A stretch of 64,000 nucleotides of DNA from Bacteroidales bacterium. GTDB taxonomy: Bacteria; Bacteroidota; Bacteroidia; Bacteroidales; UBA932. The notes under the pieces were generated by a model that saw only the letters and a program-made list of their open reading frames with translations, was not told where the DNA came from and did no database searches. Positions 11,315 through 21,682 of the stretch are shown here, in pieces. A program made the translations under genes and the position numbers. The stretch covers positions 18,769 through 82,768 of the forward strand of contig JAXGPW010000007.1 in NCBI GenBank assembly GCA_040766795.1, read 5' to 3'. Numbering within the stretch: position 1 is the stretch's first letter; each line of letters starts with the position of its first letter.

Positions 11315-12174
11315 ATGAGACAACTCAAGATTACCAAATCAATAACCAACCGCGAAAGTGCTTCGCTCGATAAATACCTGAGGAGATAGGCAGGGAAGAG
11401 CTCATTACCGTCGAGGAAGAGGTGGAACTAGCCCAAAGAATCAGAAAAGGCGACCCTGAAGCACTTGAAAAGCTTACCAAAGCCAATTTAAGGTTTGTCG
11501 TTTCGGTAGCCAAACAGTATCAAAATCAAGGAATCAGTCTTCCCGACCTCATAAATGAGGGGAACCTTGGTTTGATAAAGGCTGCAGAAAAGTTTGATGA
11601 GACTCGCGGCTTTAAATTCATTTCATACGCAGTTTGGTGGATAAGACAATCCATCCTGCAAGCGTTGGCAGAGCAGTCCAGGATTGTGCGCTTGCCACTC
11701 AACCAGGTGGGTTCGCTCAACAAGATCAATAAAGCTCTCTCCAAATTTGAACAGGAACATGAGCGTATGCCCTCGCCTGACGAACTTTCCGAAATTCTCG
11801 ATATTCCCAGGGAGAAGATTGCCGATACACTTAGGGTATCGGGTCGCCACGTCTCTGTGGATGCCCCTTTTGTCGATGGTGAGGACAACAGTCTGCTGGA
11901 CGTACTTGTTAATAACGACTCCCCCAATGCCGATCGCGGCCTTGTTAATGAATCTCTCAACAAAGAGATTGAAAGGGCCCTCTCTACACTTACTGAGAGG
12001 GAGCGTGATATTGTCAAATATTTCTTCGGCATAGGATGCCAGGAGATGACTTTGGAGGAAATAGGTGAGCACTTCGGACTTACACGTGAGAGAGTGCGCC
12101 AGATAAAAGAAAAAGCTATAAGGAGGCTCCGCCATAGTGCAAGAAGCAAACTCCTGAAGAGCTACCTCGGATAA
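11315..12174 (+). pseudogene. rpoD: primary sigma factor (sigma-70 family, RpoD/SigA); frameshift near 11380
   Basis: [22 protein letters not shown] from ATG 11315 runs into a stop. The sequence continues in another frame as ..[24 protein letters not shown].. (from ~11380; listed ORF 11422-12174), with regions 2-4 intact. Confidence 0.9.
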
Positions 12175-12206
12175 CAGATTCAAAAAAGTAAAATAATATC
12201 AATACA

Positions 12207-14288
12207 ATGAAAAAACTTATATTACCCCTTTTAGCAGTAGTTATGATGACTGCCTGTACAGAAACCAATCCGCTACTTGGAGATTGGAAGGCTCCTTTTG
12301 AGATACCTCCTTTTGAGCAGGTACTACCCGAACACTATTTGCCGGCATATATCAAGGCAATGGAGGTACACTCCGCAGAGATCGATGCAATCACATCCAA
12401 TCCCGAGCCTGCAACCTTTGAAAATACCATAGCTGCATATAGTTATTCCGGTGAACTGCTCAGCAGAGTCTCAGCAGTATTTGGTAGTGCATCAGGCGTC
12501 AAATCCAATGATGAGATTAAGGCGATTGCAAGAGAACTTTCCCCTCTGACGAGTGCGCATTACGATAATATCCTTCTCAACGAGGCGCTATTTGCACGGA
12601 TAAAAGAGGTATATGACAAGAGAGACAGCCTCGGTCTGGAGCCTGATCAGATGCGTCTTCTGACTGAGACATATAAGGGCTTTGCCCGCAGCGGAGCCAA
12701 TTTGCCCCCGGATAAAAAGGAAGAACTCAAAAAGATTAATACCGAAATAGCAGCCAATCAGCTCGCTTTCGGTCAAAATCTTCTTAAAGAGACGGAATGG
12801 ACACTTCTTGTCGAAGATGAAAAAGACCTTGCAGGCCTTTCCGAGGCTCAAATTGCCACTGCTGCTGCCCGTGCACAACAAGCAGGCAAAGAGGGTTGGA
12901 TCTTCGGACTTGATAACCCCAGTGTCATGCCCTTCCTGCAATCTGCCGACAATCGTGAACTCAGAATCAAGATGCTGGATGCATACCTCAATCGCTGCAA
13001 CAACGGCAACGAGTATGATAACAATGAGGTTATTAAAAACCTTATCAGACTGCGTCTGCAAAAGGCAAATCTTCTTGGATATGAGGATTTTGCCGCTTAT
13101 GTTCTGGAAGATAGGATGGCCAAGAATGCTGATGCCGTATAGACTCTTTTAAACCAACTCTGGACTCCGGCAATCGCTGTGGCTAAAGCGGAGCTTGCCG
13201 ATATTGAGGCTCTTGCAGCAAAAGATGGAATTAAAGAGGTAGTAGCGGCCGACTGGAGATACTATTTTGAAAAATCCATGCAGAGCAAATACAATATTTC
13301 CGATGAGGAGTTACGCCCCTATTTCAAACTCGAAAATGTACGTGACGGTATTTTCCTTTTAGCAAATAAACTTTTCGGCATCACTTTCGAGCAGCTTGAT
13401 AATGTACCTTTACCTCATGCCGAGGCGGTAGCATATGAGTGCAAAGAGGCTGACGGCACCACTTTGGGTATTTTATTCATGGATATGTTCTCCCGTCCGG
13501 GCGAGAAACGTGGTGGTGCCTGGTGTGGCGGCTTCCGCTCGCAATACTACGAGGATGGTAAGAGAGTGCTTCCCCTTGTGACTATAGTGGGCAATTTTAC
13601 ACGTCCTTCAGGTGACAAACCGGCCCTTCTGAGTACCGATGAGACCAATACCTTTTTCCATGAGTTCGGCCACGCTCTGGCATCACTCTTATCTGATGTG
13701 AGATATAAGCCTCTGGGTCGTATGACACGAGACTTTGTGGAACTTCCTTCACAGATCATGGAGCATTGGGTGTTCGAGCCTGAGCTACTTAAAGAGTACG
13801 CAAAGCACTATGAGACAGGCGAGATTATTCCCGCGGAACTTATCGAAAAGCTTGATAAGGCGGGTAAGTATGGCCAGGGTTTCGCTACTGTGGAATATCT
13901 GGCAGCTTCATTTCTCGATATGGATTTTCACGTGCTAAAGAGCATCCCTGAGGATATCGAGCCGATAACTTTCGAAAATAAGGTTCTCGGAGATAGAGGA
14001 CTTCTGTCTCAAATCCCTTCAAGATACCGTTCTCCCTATTTCAACCATACATTTGGTGGTGGTTATACTGCCGGTTATTACAGCTATATTTGGGCTGAGG
14101 TTCTGGATTGTGATGCATACCAAGCATTTGTAGAGACCGGAGATATATTTAATCCTGAAGTTGCGCTCAAATACCGTAAGGAGATTCTGGAAGGTCCGGG
14201 TGTTGACGAGGCAATGAAGTTGTATGTTAATTTCCGTGGCAGAGAGCCCAGGATTGAACCGTTGTTGAAAAATAGAGGACTCAAATAG
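12207..14288 (+). pseudogene. dcp: M3 family peptidyl-dipeptidase (Dcp-like) lipoprotein, interrupted by one in-frame TAG at 13140-13142
   Basis: ORFs 12207-13142 and 13179-14288 are in the same frame. HEFGHAL zinc motif. The sequence reads NADAV-TAG-TLLNQLWTPA across the stop. Confidence 0.85.
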
Positions 14289-14303
14289 CATTTTGTCGAA
14301 GGT

Positions 14304-15710
14304 ATGAGCAATTTCTGGAATGCGCTTGGTAACGGCATAACTGTCGTTAGCGATTTTATTTGTGGATATCCTCTCTTTTTTCTCCTCATAGGAGGCGGAT
14401 TATTCTTTCTATTCTATTCAGGATTTACACCGCTACGTAGGTATGGAAGGGCCATTCAGGCTCTTAGGGTCAAGGATGACAAGGCTGAAGGGCAGATCAG
14501 TTCCTTCGAGGCACTCTCCAGCGCCATAGCTGCAACAGTAGGTATGGGCAATATTGCCGGTGTAGCCATAGCCATCTCCGTAGGAGGTCCGGGAGCCATA
14601 TTCTGGATGTGGATCAGTGCTATCGCCGGCATGGCAACTAAATTTTTTGAGGGTACCATAGCTGTGATGTACAAAGGTAAGGATTCGGAAGGTGAAACTC
14701 AGGGTGGCACCATGTATATGATTATGACGGGCTTGGGTCGTAAATGGAAACCACTTGCAGTCTTTTTCTCGATATTCGGTCTGATAGGTACGCTTTGTAT
14801 AATGCAATCCAATCAGCTGACAGAGTCTGTTACCTCGCTGTTTTTTGCTCCTGAACAGAACACACTTTTGCTTAGATTCATTATCGGCGTAATTATAACA
14901 GCAATTGTTGCCGGAGTCATCATAGGTGGCATTAAGAGAATTTCAAAGGTTTCAACCAAACTGGTTCCCCTGATGGTAGGGCTCTATTTTATTCTTGTAC
15001 TCTTTATTATGATAAAACATATAGGCCATGTGCCGGGAGTTTTCAAAGATATTATCGCGGGAGCATTCACTCCCAGGGGAGCCCTTGGAGGGGGTATAGG
15101 ATCTATTATAATGATAGCCCTGACAGGTGTGCGTCGTGCTGCACTTGTCAATGAGGCCGGAGTCGGTACTGCCTCAATGATGCATGGGGCCTCAAAAAAC
15201 AATGAACCCGTGCGTGAAGGTTTAGTTGCAATGATAGGCCCCTCGATTGATTCCGGTTTGGTATGCACACTCACAGCAATAGCCGTCCTTATAGGTGTAA
15301 GGATTGATCCCTCTATAATGCCTGCCGGATCGGGAATGAGTTCCATGGAGGGTCTCAAGTTTGCCATAAATGCATTCAATGCCTCGATTCCCGTTGTAGG
15401 CGGTTATCTGCTATTTATTATGGTCTTGATGTTTGCATTCAGCACGATGTTCTCTTATTCTTATTATGGACAAAAATGTACCGGATTTCTTTTCGGTGCA
15501 AAAAATGCAAAATATTACAATATTTTCTTCCTCCTGATGCTGATTGTTTCGGCAATGATTCCGCTCAAGGCGGCTGTCAGCCTGATTGATACGGCTTATG
15601 CTTTGATGGCATTCCCGACAATGTTTACCCTATTTATGCTGGCTCCAAAGGCAAAGAAGCAGATGAATATCTATTTTGCTGCAAATAAAAAGGAAAAGAA
15701 AGTTAAGTAA
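14304..15710 (+). CDS. sodium:alanine (alanine/glycine:cation) symporter family protein
   Basis: 468-aa polytopic ORF with AGCS-family signatures (GMGNIAGVAIAISVGGPGAIFWMW..GMATKFFE). Confidence 0.85.
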   Translation: MSNFWNALGNGITVVSDFICGYPLFFLLIGGGLFFLFYSGFTPLRRYGRAIQALRVKDDKAEGQISSFEALSSAIAATVGMGNIAGVAIAISVGGPGAIFWMWISAIAGMATKFFEGTIAVMYKGKDSEGETQGGTMYMIMTGLGRKWKPLAVFFSIFGLIGTLCIMQSNQLTESVTSLFFAPEQNTLLLRFIIGVIITAIVAGVIIGGIKRISKVSTKLVPLMVGLYFILVLFIMIKHIGHVPGVFKDIIAGAFTPRGALGGGIGSIIMIALTGVRRAALVNEAGVGTASMMHGASKNNEPVREGLVAMIGPSIDSGLVCTLTAIAVLIGVRIDPSIMPAGSGMSSMEGLKFAINAFNASIPVVGGYLLFIMVLMFAFSTMFSYSYYGQKCTGFLFGAKNAKYYNIFFLLMLIVSAMIPLKAAVSLIDTAYALMAFPTMFTLFMLAPKAKKQMNIYFAANKKEKKVK

Positions 15711-15722
15711 CTAAAAAATGAA

Positions 15723-17503
15723 ATGAATCCGACAGATTTTTTACAAGAATCGATAAAGGGGGGACTCAAGAGTCTATATGTTGTTGAGCTCCCCCAAACT
15801 GAGATACAGGTACAGGCAACTAGAAAAGAGTTTGAAGGGGATTATACCCTAGTCGTATTTCCTCTCCTCAAGATCAGTAAAAAGTCGCCTGAGGCTACTG
15901 CACAGGAGATAGGAGCATATCTTGAGAAAAACTGCCCCGATGTGGACTCTTTCAATGTCATAAAGGGTTTTCTCAACATTAAACTTGCTCCCGCTTTCTG
16001 GGTGAGAGTGCTCGAATCTATCGGTGAAAATGAATATTTCGGCCTGTTGCCTCCCACGGAAAGAGAGTTATGGTGGAATTTTCTTCACCCAACACCAATA
16101 AACCGCTCCATCTGGGACATATTCGCAATAATCTCCTCGGATGGTCCGTTTCACAACTCCTGGCAGCAAACGGACACGATGTTGTAAAAGTCAATCTCGT
16201 CAATGACAGAGGAATCCATATTTGTAAATCGATGCTCGCATGGCTTAAAGAGGGCAATGGAGCCACTCCTGCCTCTACAGGACGTAAAGGTGACCATCTT
16301 GTGGGTGACTATTATGTGAAATTCAACGAAATGCTTACCGCTGAAGTGAAGGAGATAATGGAGTATGAGGGCATAGAAAAAGAGGAGGCTGAAAAAAAGG
16401 CTACCCTGCTTAAAGAGGCCCAGGATATGCTCCTGAAATGGGAAAGCGGAGAAAAAGAGGTGGTGGAGCTTTGGGAGAGAATGAATGGATGGGTCTATGA
16501 TGGCTTCGATGTTACCTATCGTAATCTCGGAATAGAATTCAATAAGACCTATTATGAGTCTCAGAACTATCTGCTCGGTAAATACCTATTGCTGGAGGTA
16601 GTGGAAAGGGGCATTTTTGAAAGAGATGCCGATGGTTCGGTCTGGTGCGATCTTACTGAAGATGGACTTGACAGGAAACTGCTTCTTAGAAGTGACGGTA
16701 CCTCGGTCTATATGACACAGGATCTTGGTACCGCTCATCAGAGATATGACGAATATGGCTTTGATGAACACATCTATGTGGTTGGAAACGAGCAGAATTA
16801 TCATTTTCAGGTACTCAAACTGATTCTAAAAAAGTTAGGGTTTGATTGGGCTGACTCCATCTACCATCTCTCTTACGGCATGGTGGAACTCCCTGAAGGT
16901 AAAATGAAATCCCGTGAGGGCACGGTGGTAGATGCTGACGACCTGCTCGAAAATATGTACAATACGGCTAAAGAGACCTCTCTCGAACTGGGTAAAATCG
17001 ATAATATGAGCGATGAAGAGCAGGATGCTCTTTTCAAGATGATCAGTCTTGGAGCGCTGAAATACTTCATAATAAAGGTGGATCCTAAAAAGACGATGCT
17101 CTTTGATCCGAAAGAGTCTATTGATTTCAATGGCAATACCGGCCCCTTTATTCAGTATACTCATGCCCGTATCAAGTCCATACTCAGGAAAGCTTCGGAA
17201 CAGGATATAACTCCTTCCATGACGGGGGCATTGCTGCTTCCCAAGGAAGAGGCGATAATTCAGCTGCTAAGCACCTATCCCGACAAGATCAGAGAGGGGG
17301 GAGATGCTCATTCTCCTGCAATCATAGCAAACTATGCCTATGATCTGGCAAAGGAGTTCAATCAGTACTATCACGATACCTCGATATTAAGGGAAGAAGA
17401 TAAGGAGATGCGTGCTCAACGCCTCTATCTGATCTCTATAATTGCGCAGGTTTTAGTCAAGTCGATGGCGATTCTCGGTATCTCGCTGCCTGAAAGGATG
17501 TGA
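15723..17503 (+). pseudogene. argS: arginine--tRNA ligase; frameshift near 16057
   Basis: N-terminal ORF 15723-16187. The catalytic part (ORF 16070-17503) starts GKRVMVEFSSPNTNKPLHLGHIRNN (HIGH motif). The join fits ACCGGA read as ACGGA. Confidence 0.9.
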
Positions 17504-19212
17504 TGATTCCCACTACAAAGAAAGAGATAGAAACCCTTGGCTGGGATGCTCCAGATATCATTCTTTTTTCCGGAGATGCATTTATAGATCACCCGGCCTT
17601 CGGTACTGCCGTCATTGCGAGAGTGCTGGAGGATGCGGGCTACCGTGTGGCGGTGGTGCCACAGCCAAATTGGAGGGATGATCTTAGGGATTTTAGAAAG
17701 CTGGGGGAGCCGAAACTCTTTTTCGGAGTCACCTCCGGAGCAATGGATTCTATGATCAATCACTATACGGCTGCAAAGCGCCTGCGCAGCAATGACGCCT
17801 ATACTCCCGGAGGAAAAGCCTCTTTCAGGCCAGATTATGCCGTAACAGTATATACCAAAATCATCAAGGAACTCTTTCCGCAGGTGCCGGTGGTGATTGG
17901 TGGCATTGAGGCCTCTCTGCGTCGCTTAACACACTATGATTATTGGCAGGATGCCCTCAAACCCTCCATTCTGGTTGAAAGTGGAGCAGACCTGCTGGTT
18001 TATGGAATGGGGGAGAGGCCCATTCGTGCCATAGCGGACGCTCTTGCCGGCGGTGTACCTCTCAAAGCACTGCAATCCATTCCGCAGGTGGGATATCTGT
18101 GTGATAGTGAGCCTTTGGTAGAACATATATCTCTCGCTTCATTCGAGCAATGCAAGGCAGACAAACGAGAGTTCGCTGCCAACTTCAATATTATTGAGGA
18201 TCAGGCCAACCTTATGGAAGCTGAGATGATGGTGGAGAGGTGCGGAGAGCGTTATGTATGTATAAATCCTCCTTATCCGCCTGCAACAGAGCAGGAAATG
18301 GACTCAATCTATGCACTTCCCTTTACAAGAAAGCCACATCCGAGGTACCGCGATAAGCATATTTCTGCCTATGAGATGATCAAACATTCGGTGACCACCC
18401 ACCGCGGCTGTTTTGGAGGATGCAATTTCTGTACTTTAGCAGCTCACCAAGGGAAATTCATACAGTCCAGAACTCCGGAATCCATCCTTGCCGAGGTAAA
18501 GGAACTCACCACAATGCCCGATTTCAAAGGGAATATCAGTGACTTGGGTGCTCCTACAGCCAATATGTTTAGAATGAAAGGTAGAGATCGTTCACTATGT
18601 GCTGGATGTCGAAGGCACTCCTGTCTCGTCCCTTCGCGTTGCAAAAATATGGATACTTCGCACGCAGAGTTGCTATCGCTTTACAACAAGGTTCTAAAAA
18701 TACCCGGCATCAAAAACGCCTATATCGGCAGTGGTATCCGGTATGATCTATTCCTTGATAAAGATGGCTATCTGGACTCCACCTCAAAACCCTATCTTGA
18801 GCAATTGATTGCAAAACATACCTCAGGTCGCTTAAAGGTAGCCCCGGAGCACACTTGTGACCATGTGCTAAAGGTAATGGGTAAGCCCTCTTTCAAACTT
18901 TTCGAAAGACTTAGAGTGGAGTTTGAAGAGATCTGCCACCGCAAAGGACTCAGATATCAGTTAGTCCCATATTTCATATCCGGTCATCCCGGGTGTAGAA
19001 TGGAAGACATGGAGACTCTTTCGCGAAACCCACACCTGAAGAATCTTTTTATGGAGCAGGTTCAGGATTTTACACCAACTCCGATGACCCGTTCTTCGGT
19101 AATGTTTTATACCGGAATCGACCCAAAAAACGGCAAACCGCTCTTTGTAGAACGCAATCCAAGAAAAAACAGCAACAAAAATCATTTTTTTTCAAGAAAT
19201 AGTCTAATTTAG
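17500..19212 (+). CDS. ygiQ: YgiQ family radical SAM protein
   Basis: 570-aa ORF with a YgiQ-type N-terminus (LGWDAPDIILFSGDAFIDHPAFG) and the CxxxCxxC cluster GCFGGCNFCTL. The start overlaps the argS stop. Confidence 0.85.
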   Translation: MMIPTTKKEIETLGWDAPDIILFSGDAFIDHPAFGTAVIARVLEDAGYRVAVVPQPNWRDDLRDFRKLGEPKLFFGVTSGAMDSMINHYTAAKRLRSNDAYTPGGKASFRPDYAVTVYTKIIKELFPQVPVVIGGIEASLRRLTHYDYWQDALKPSILVESGADLLVYGMGERPIRAIADALAGGVPLKALQSIPQVGYLCDSEPLVEHISLASFEQCKADKREFAANFNIIEDQANLMEAEMMVERCGERYVCINPPYPPATEQEMDSIYALPFTRKPHPRYRDKHISAYEMIKHSVTTHRGCFGGCNFCTLAAHQGKFIQSRTPESILAEVKELTTMPDFKGNISDLGAPTANMFRMKGRDRSLCAGCRRHSCLVPSRCKNMDTSHAELLSLYNKVLKIPGIKNAYIGSGIRYDLFLDKDGYLDSTSKPYLEQLIAKHTSGRLKVAPEHTCDHVLKVMGKPSFKLFERLRVEFEEICHRKGLRYQLVPYFISGHPGCRMEDMETLSRNPHLKNLFMEQVQDFTPTPMTRSSVMFYTGIDPKNGKPLFVERNPRKNSNKNHFFSRNSLI

Positions 19213-19270
19213 ATTTGTATTTAAAAAAAATCTCCTATTATTGCACCATGTATATTATTCTAATCACTTT

Positions 19271-19617
19271 ATGATAGGCACAAACAAAAGAAGAGCTGTT
19301 ATCAGCTATGAAAATATGTCTACCGAGCTTATGGAAGCATTTAAGGAGAAATATCCTCACGGATATGCGGATTATATGGGTGACATATTCAAGGTTGTTA
19401 AACCTGACGGTACTTTTTCCATGCAGTTTCTGTGGAAATTCCCGATGCCATCTATCTTGTGAAGATAAAGGTGAAGGTTGATGATTACGATGATGTGCAG
19501 AATGGCATTTTCAAGGACGAAAATGATGATGACGACGACGATTCCGGAGATGACGGATTCCCTGCGAGTGACGAAGACTTCGCAGACGCTCAGGGCTCGG
19601 ATGAAAATGAAGAGTAG
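19271..19617 (+). pseudogene. small conserved hypothetical protein with a strongly acidic C-terminal tail; frameshift near 19425
   Basis: MIGTNKRRAVISYENMSTELMEAFKEKYPHGYADYMGDIFKVVKPDGTF.. continues in another frame as ..EIPDAIYLVKIKVKVDDYDD..DDDDDDSGDDGFPASDEDFADAQGSDENEE. Confidence 0.5.
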
Positions 19618-19626
19618 TTGCGGGTT

Positions 19627-19805
19627 GTAAGAGAGAGTTGAGTTCTGAGTTCTGAGTTTTGAGTTTTAGTGTGTAGTGTGTAGTATTGAGAGTTGAGTTC
19701 TGAGTTTTGAGTTTTAGTGTGTAGTGTGTAGTGTGTAGTGTGTAGTGGTGAGAGTTGAGTTTTGGGTGTAGGGTGTAGTGAGTTAGGATTTAGGTGTGGT
19801 TGGCA
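19627..19805. repeat. composite tandem array: three ~55-62-nt super-repeats, each built from GAGAGTT + (GAGTTYT)n + (AGTGTGT)n
   Basis: Read directly. Super-repeats lie at about 19633-19687, 19688-19749 and 19750-19805 (the third is degenerate). Only three C residues occur on the + strand over ~170 nt. Confidence 0.9.
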
Positions 19806-19838
19806 ATATTGGAGTTATCAATTAAGATTTTTTGAATA

Positions 19839-19872
19839 AGCAAAAGCAAAAAGCCAACGGCTAATAGCTAAC
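19839..19872. repeat. periodic GCYAAN-type low-complexity motif (AGCAAAAGCAAAAAGCCAACGGCTAATAGCTAAC)
   Basis: Hexa/heptamer periodicity. The same words (GCTAATxGCTAAC, GCCAAAAGCCAAAAGC) recur at 63588-63623. Confidence 0.6.
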
Positions 19873-19894
19873 ATACAGAGAGTGGCCCGAAAGG

Positions 19895-21682
19895 TTGCTC
19901 TTTTTGATTAAAAAACGAGTGAAAATATTTTCCGGAATAAAAAAAGGCTTTTCCTCCATCTCCGAGCGTACGCAATTGGTGTTGCTCTCCTTTGTTGTGG
20001 GTCTTGGTTGTGGTTTTGCGGCAGTTTTGCTCAAGACCCTGATAAAATGGATTCATCATGGCCTGACATTCTGGTTCGATAAACCCTCAGACGGATATTT
20101 ATATCTCATCTATCCGGGTGTAGGAATGTTGCTTTCATTCCTGTTTGTCAGATATTTTGTCAAGAGTGATATAAGCCATGGAGTTACCAAGGTTTTGCTC
20201 TCCATTTCACGAAACGAATCGCGAATAAAACCTCATAACACCTGGACTTCGATAGTGGCCAGTTCCGTAACAATCGGTTTTGGTGGTTCGGTAGGTGCCG
20301 AGGCACCTATAGTTTATACAGGTGCGGCGATAGGCTCCAATGTCGGAAGGAGTATGGGGATGTCATACAAGAATATGACTATTTTGATAGGATGTGGGGC
20401 TGCAGGCGCTGTAGCGGGAATTTTTAAGGCTCCGCTGGCCGGTGTACTCTTTACTTTGGAGATATTGCTTTTCAATATTTCCATGTCTTCCATCTTACCT
20501 CTGCTGATTTCTTCAGTTACGGCTACGGTGGTTTCATACCTTTTTCTGGGTGACGCAGTAGCTATTTCCAATACCATCGAGACCTTTTCAATGGGTAATT
20601 TGCCCTATTATTTCGTTCTGGGTATTTTTTGCGGTATAATTTCACTTTACTTCATCAGGACCACCCTGAGGGTTGAGGACAAAATGAGACGGGTACGTAA
20701 GCCTATAAATCGCTGGATTATCGGAGCAACAGCAATGGGTGTTTTAGTCTTCCTTTTCCCGCCGCTTTATGGAGAAGGTTACAATTCCCTTACGCTTATG
20801 CTCAACAATAACCCTATCGAGATGGCGGGAGGGATAATTGGCGAGCGTGTTTTGGCCAATAAATGGTCTGTACTTCTCTTTTTTACGGCAATCCTACTGG
20901 TTAAAGTATACGCTACAGCTTTTACAAATGCGGGAGGCGGAGTTGGCGGTACTTTCGGTCCAACTCTCTTTACCGGAGCTCTTGCAGGCTTTGTTGTTGC
21001 GCGTTTCATCAATATTACCGGAATACATGCTATTCCTGAAGCCAATTTTGTGCTGGTGGGGATGGGCGGACTGATGGCAGGTGTGATGCAGGCACCGATG
21101 ACTGCTATATTTCTCATTGCAGAGATTACCGGTGGATATGATCTTCTGATACCTCTTATCCTTACCTCCGCCATCTCGTTTGCCACAATTCGTTTGGTAG
21201 AGCAATATTCCATCTATACAAAGCGTATTGCCCAACAGGGCGATTTGATTACCCATGATAGTGACAAGGCGGTTCTAATATTGCTTAAAACCTCGGATCT
21301 TATCGAGACGGATTTTTCAACCATCAGCATTGATGGCAACCTGGGAGATCTGGTCAAAGTGATTGCCACTTCCTGCCGTAATATTTTCCCTGTCGTGGAT
21401 GATTCCAACCAGTTTCAGGGGATAGTCTTTCTTGATGACGTGAGGACTACTATGTTCGACCGCAGTCTATATGAGAGCATTAAGATAAAGGATATTATGA
21501 AAAATGCCCCCGCCCATGTCTGTGACGATGAGAAGATGGAGAGTGTAATGAATAAATTTGAAGTTACCCAAGCCTGGAATCTCCCGGTGGTTGACAAAAA
21601 CAATATGTACTTGGGATTTGTCTCCAAGTCCAAAATATTCTCTTCCTACAGAGAACAATTACAACAGGTTTCCCATGACTAA
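19895..21682 (+). CDS. ClC-type voltage-gated chloride channel/transporter with a C-terminal CBS-domain pair
   Basis: GFGGSVGAEAPIVYTGAAIGS and GIFKAPLAGVLFTLE motifs, about 10 TM helices, and C-terminal CBS-like segments. The start codon is uncertain. Confidence 0.85.
   Translation: MLFLIKKRVKIFSGIKKGFSSISERTQLVLLSFVVGLGCGFAAVLLKTLIKWIHHGLTFWFDKPSDGYLYLIYPGVGMLLSFLFVRYFVKSDISHGVTKVLLSISRNESRIKPHNTWTSIVASSVTIGFGGSVGAEAPIVYTGAAIGSNVGRSMGMSYKNMTILIGCGAAGAVAGIFKAPLAGVLFTLEILLFNISMSSILPLLISSVTATVVSYLFLGDAVAISNTIETFSMGNLPYYFVLGIFCGIISLYFIRTTLRVEDKMRRVRKPINRWIIGATAMGVLVFLFPPLYGEGYNSLTLMLNNNPIEMAGGIIGERVLANKWSVLLFFTAILLVKVYATAFTNAGGGVGGTFGPTLFTGALAGFVVARFINITGIHAIPEANFVLVGMGGLMAGVMQAPMTAIFLIAEITGGYDLLIPLILTSAISFATIRLVEQYSIYTKRIAQQGDLITHDSDKAVLILLKTSDLIETDFSTISIDGNLGDLVKVIATSCRNIFPVVDDSNQFQGIVFLDDVRTTMFDRSLYESIKIKDIMKNAPAHVCDDEKMESVMNKFEVTQAWNLPVVDKNNMYLGFVSKSKIFSSYREQLQQVSHD

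Noticed and set aside
11526-12183. Long antisense ORFs (207 and 186 aa) opposite rpoD. Similar ones lie opposite lysS (35382-35975, 197 aa), parC (60596-61201, 201 aa), the HtrA-like gene (10707-11192, 161 aa), the ClC gene (20779-21256) and secA
   Set aside because: Each lies entirely within a strongly supported conserved gene on the other strand. Their composition is low-complexity or biased and they have no recognisable domains. This is typical of frame-shadow ORFs.
19627-19805. CRISPR array
   Set aside because: The repeat units are 7 nt, nested in 55-62-nt super-repeats with no unique spacers. There is no palindromic repeat and no cas genes in the window.
19806-19894. Fluoride (crcB-motif) riboswitch upstream of the ClC gene
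   Set aside because: The ClC here is the long CBS-domain type, not the short fluoride-specific EriC-F type. The leader lacks the conserved riboswitch core and pseudoknot-forming segments that I can recall.
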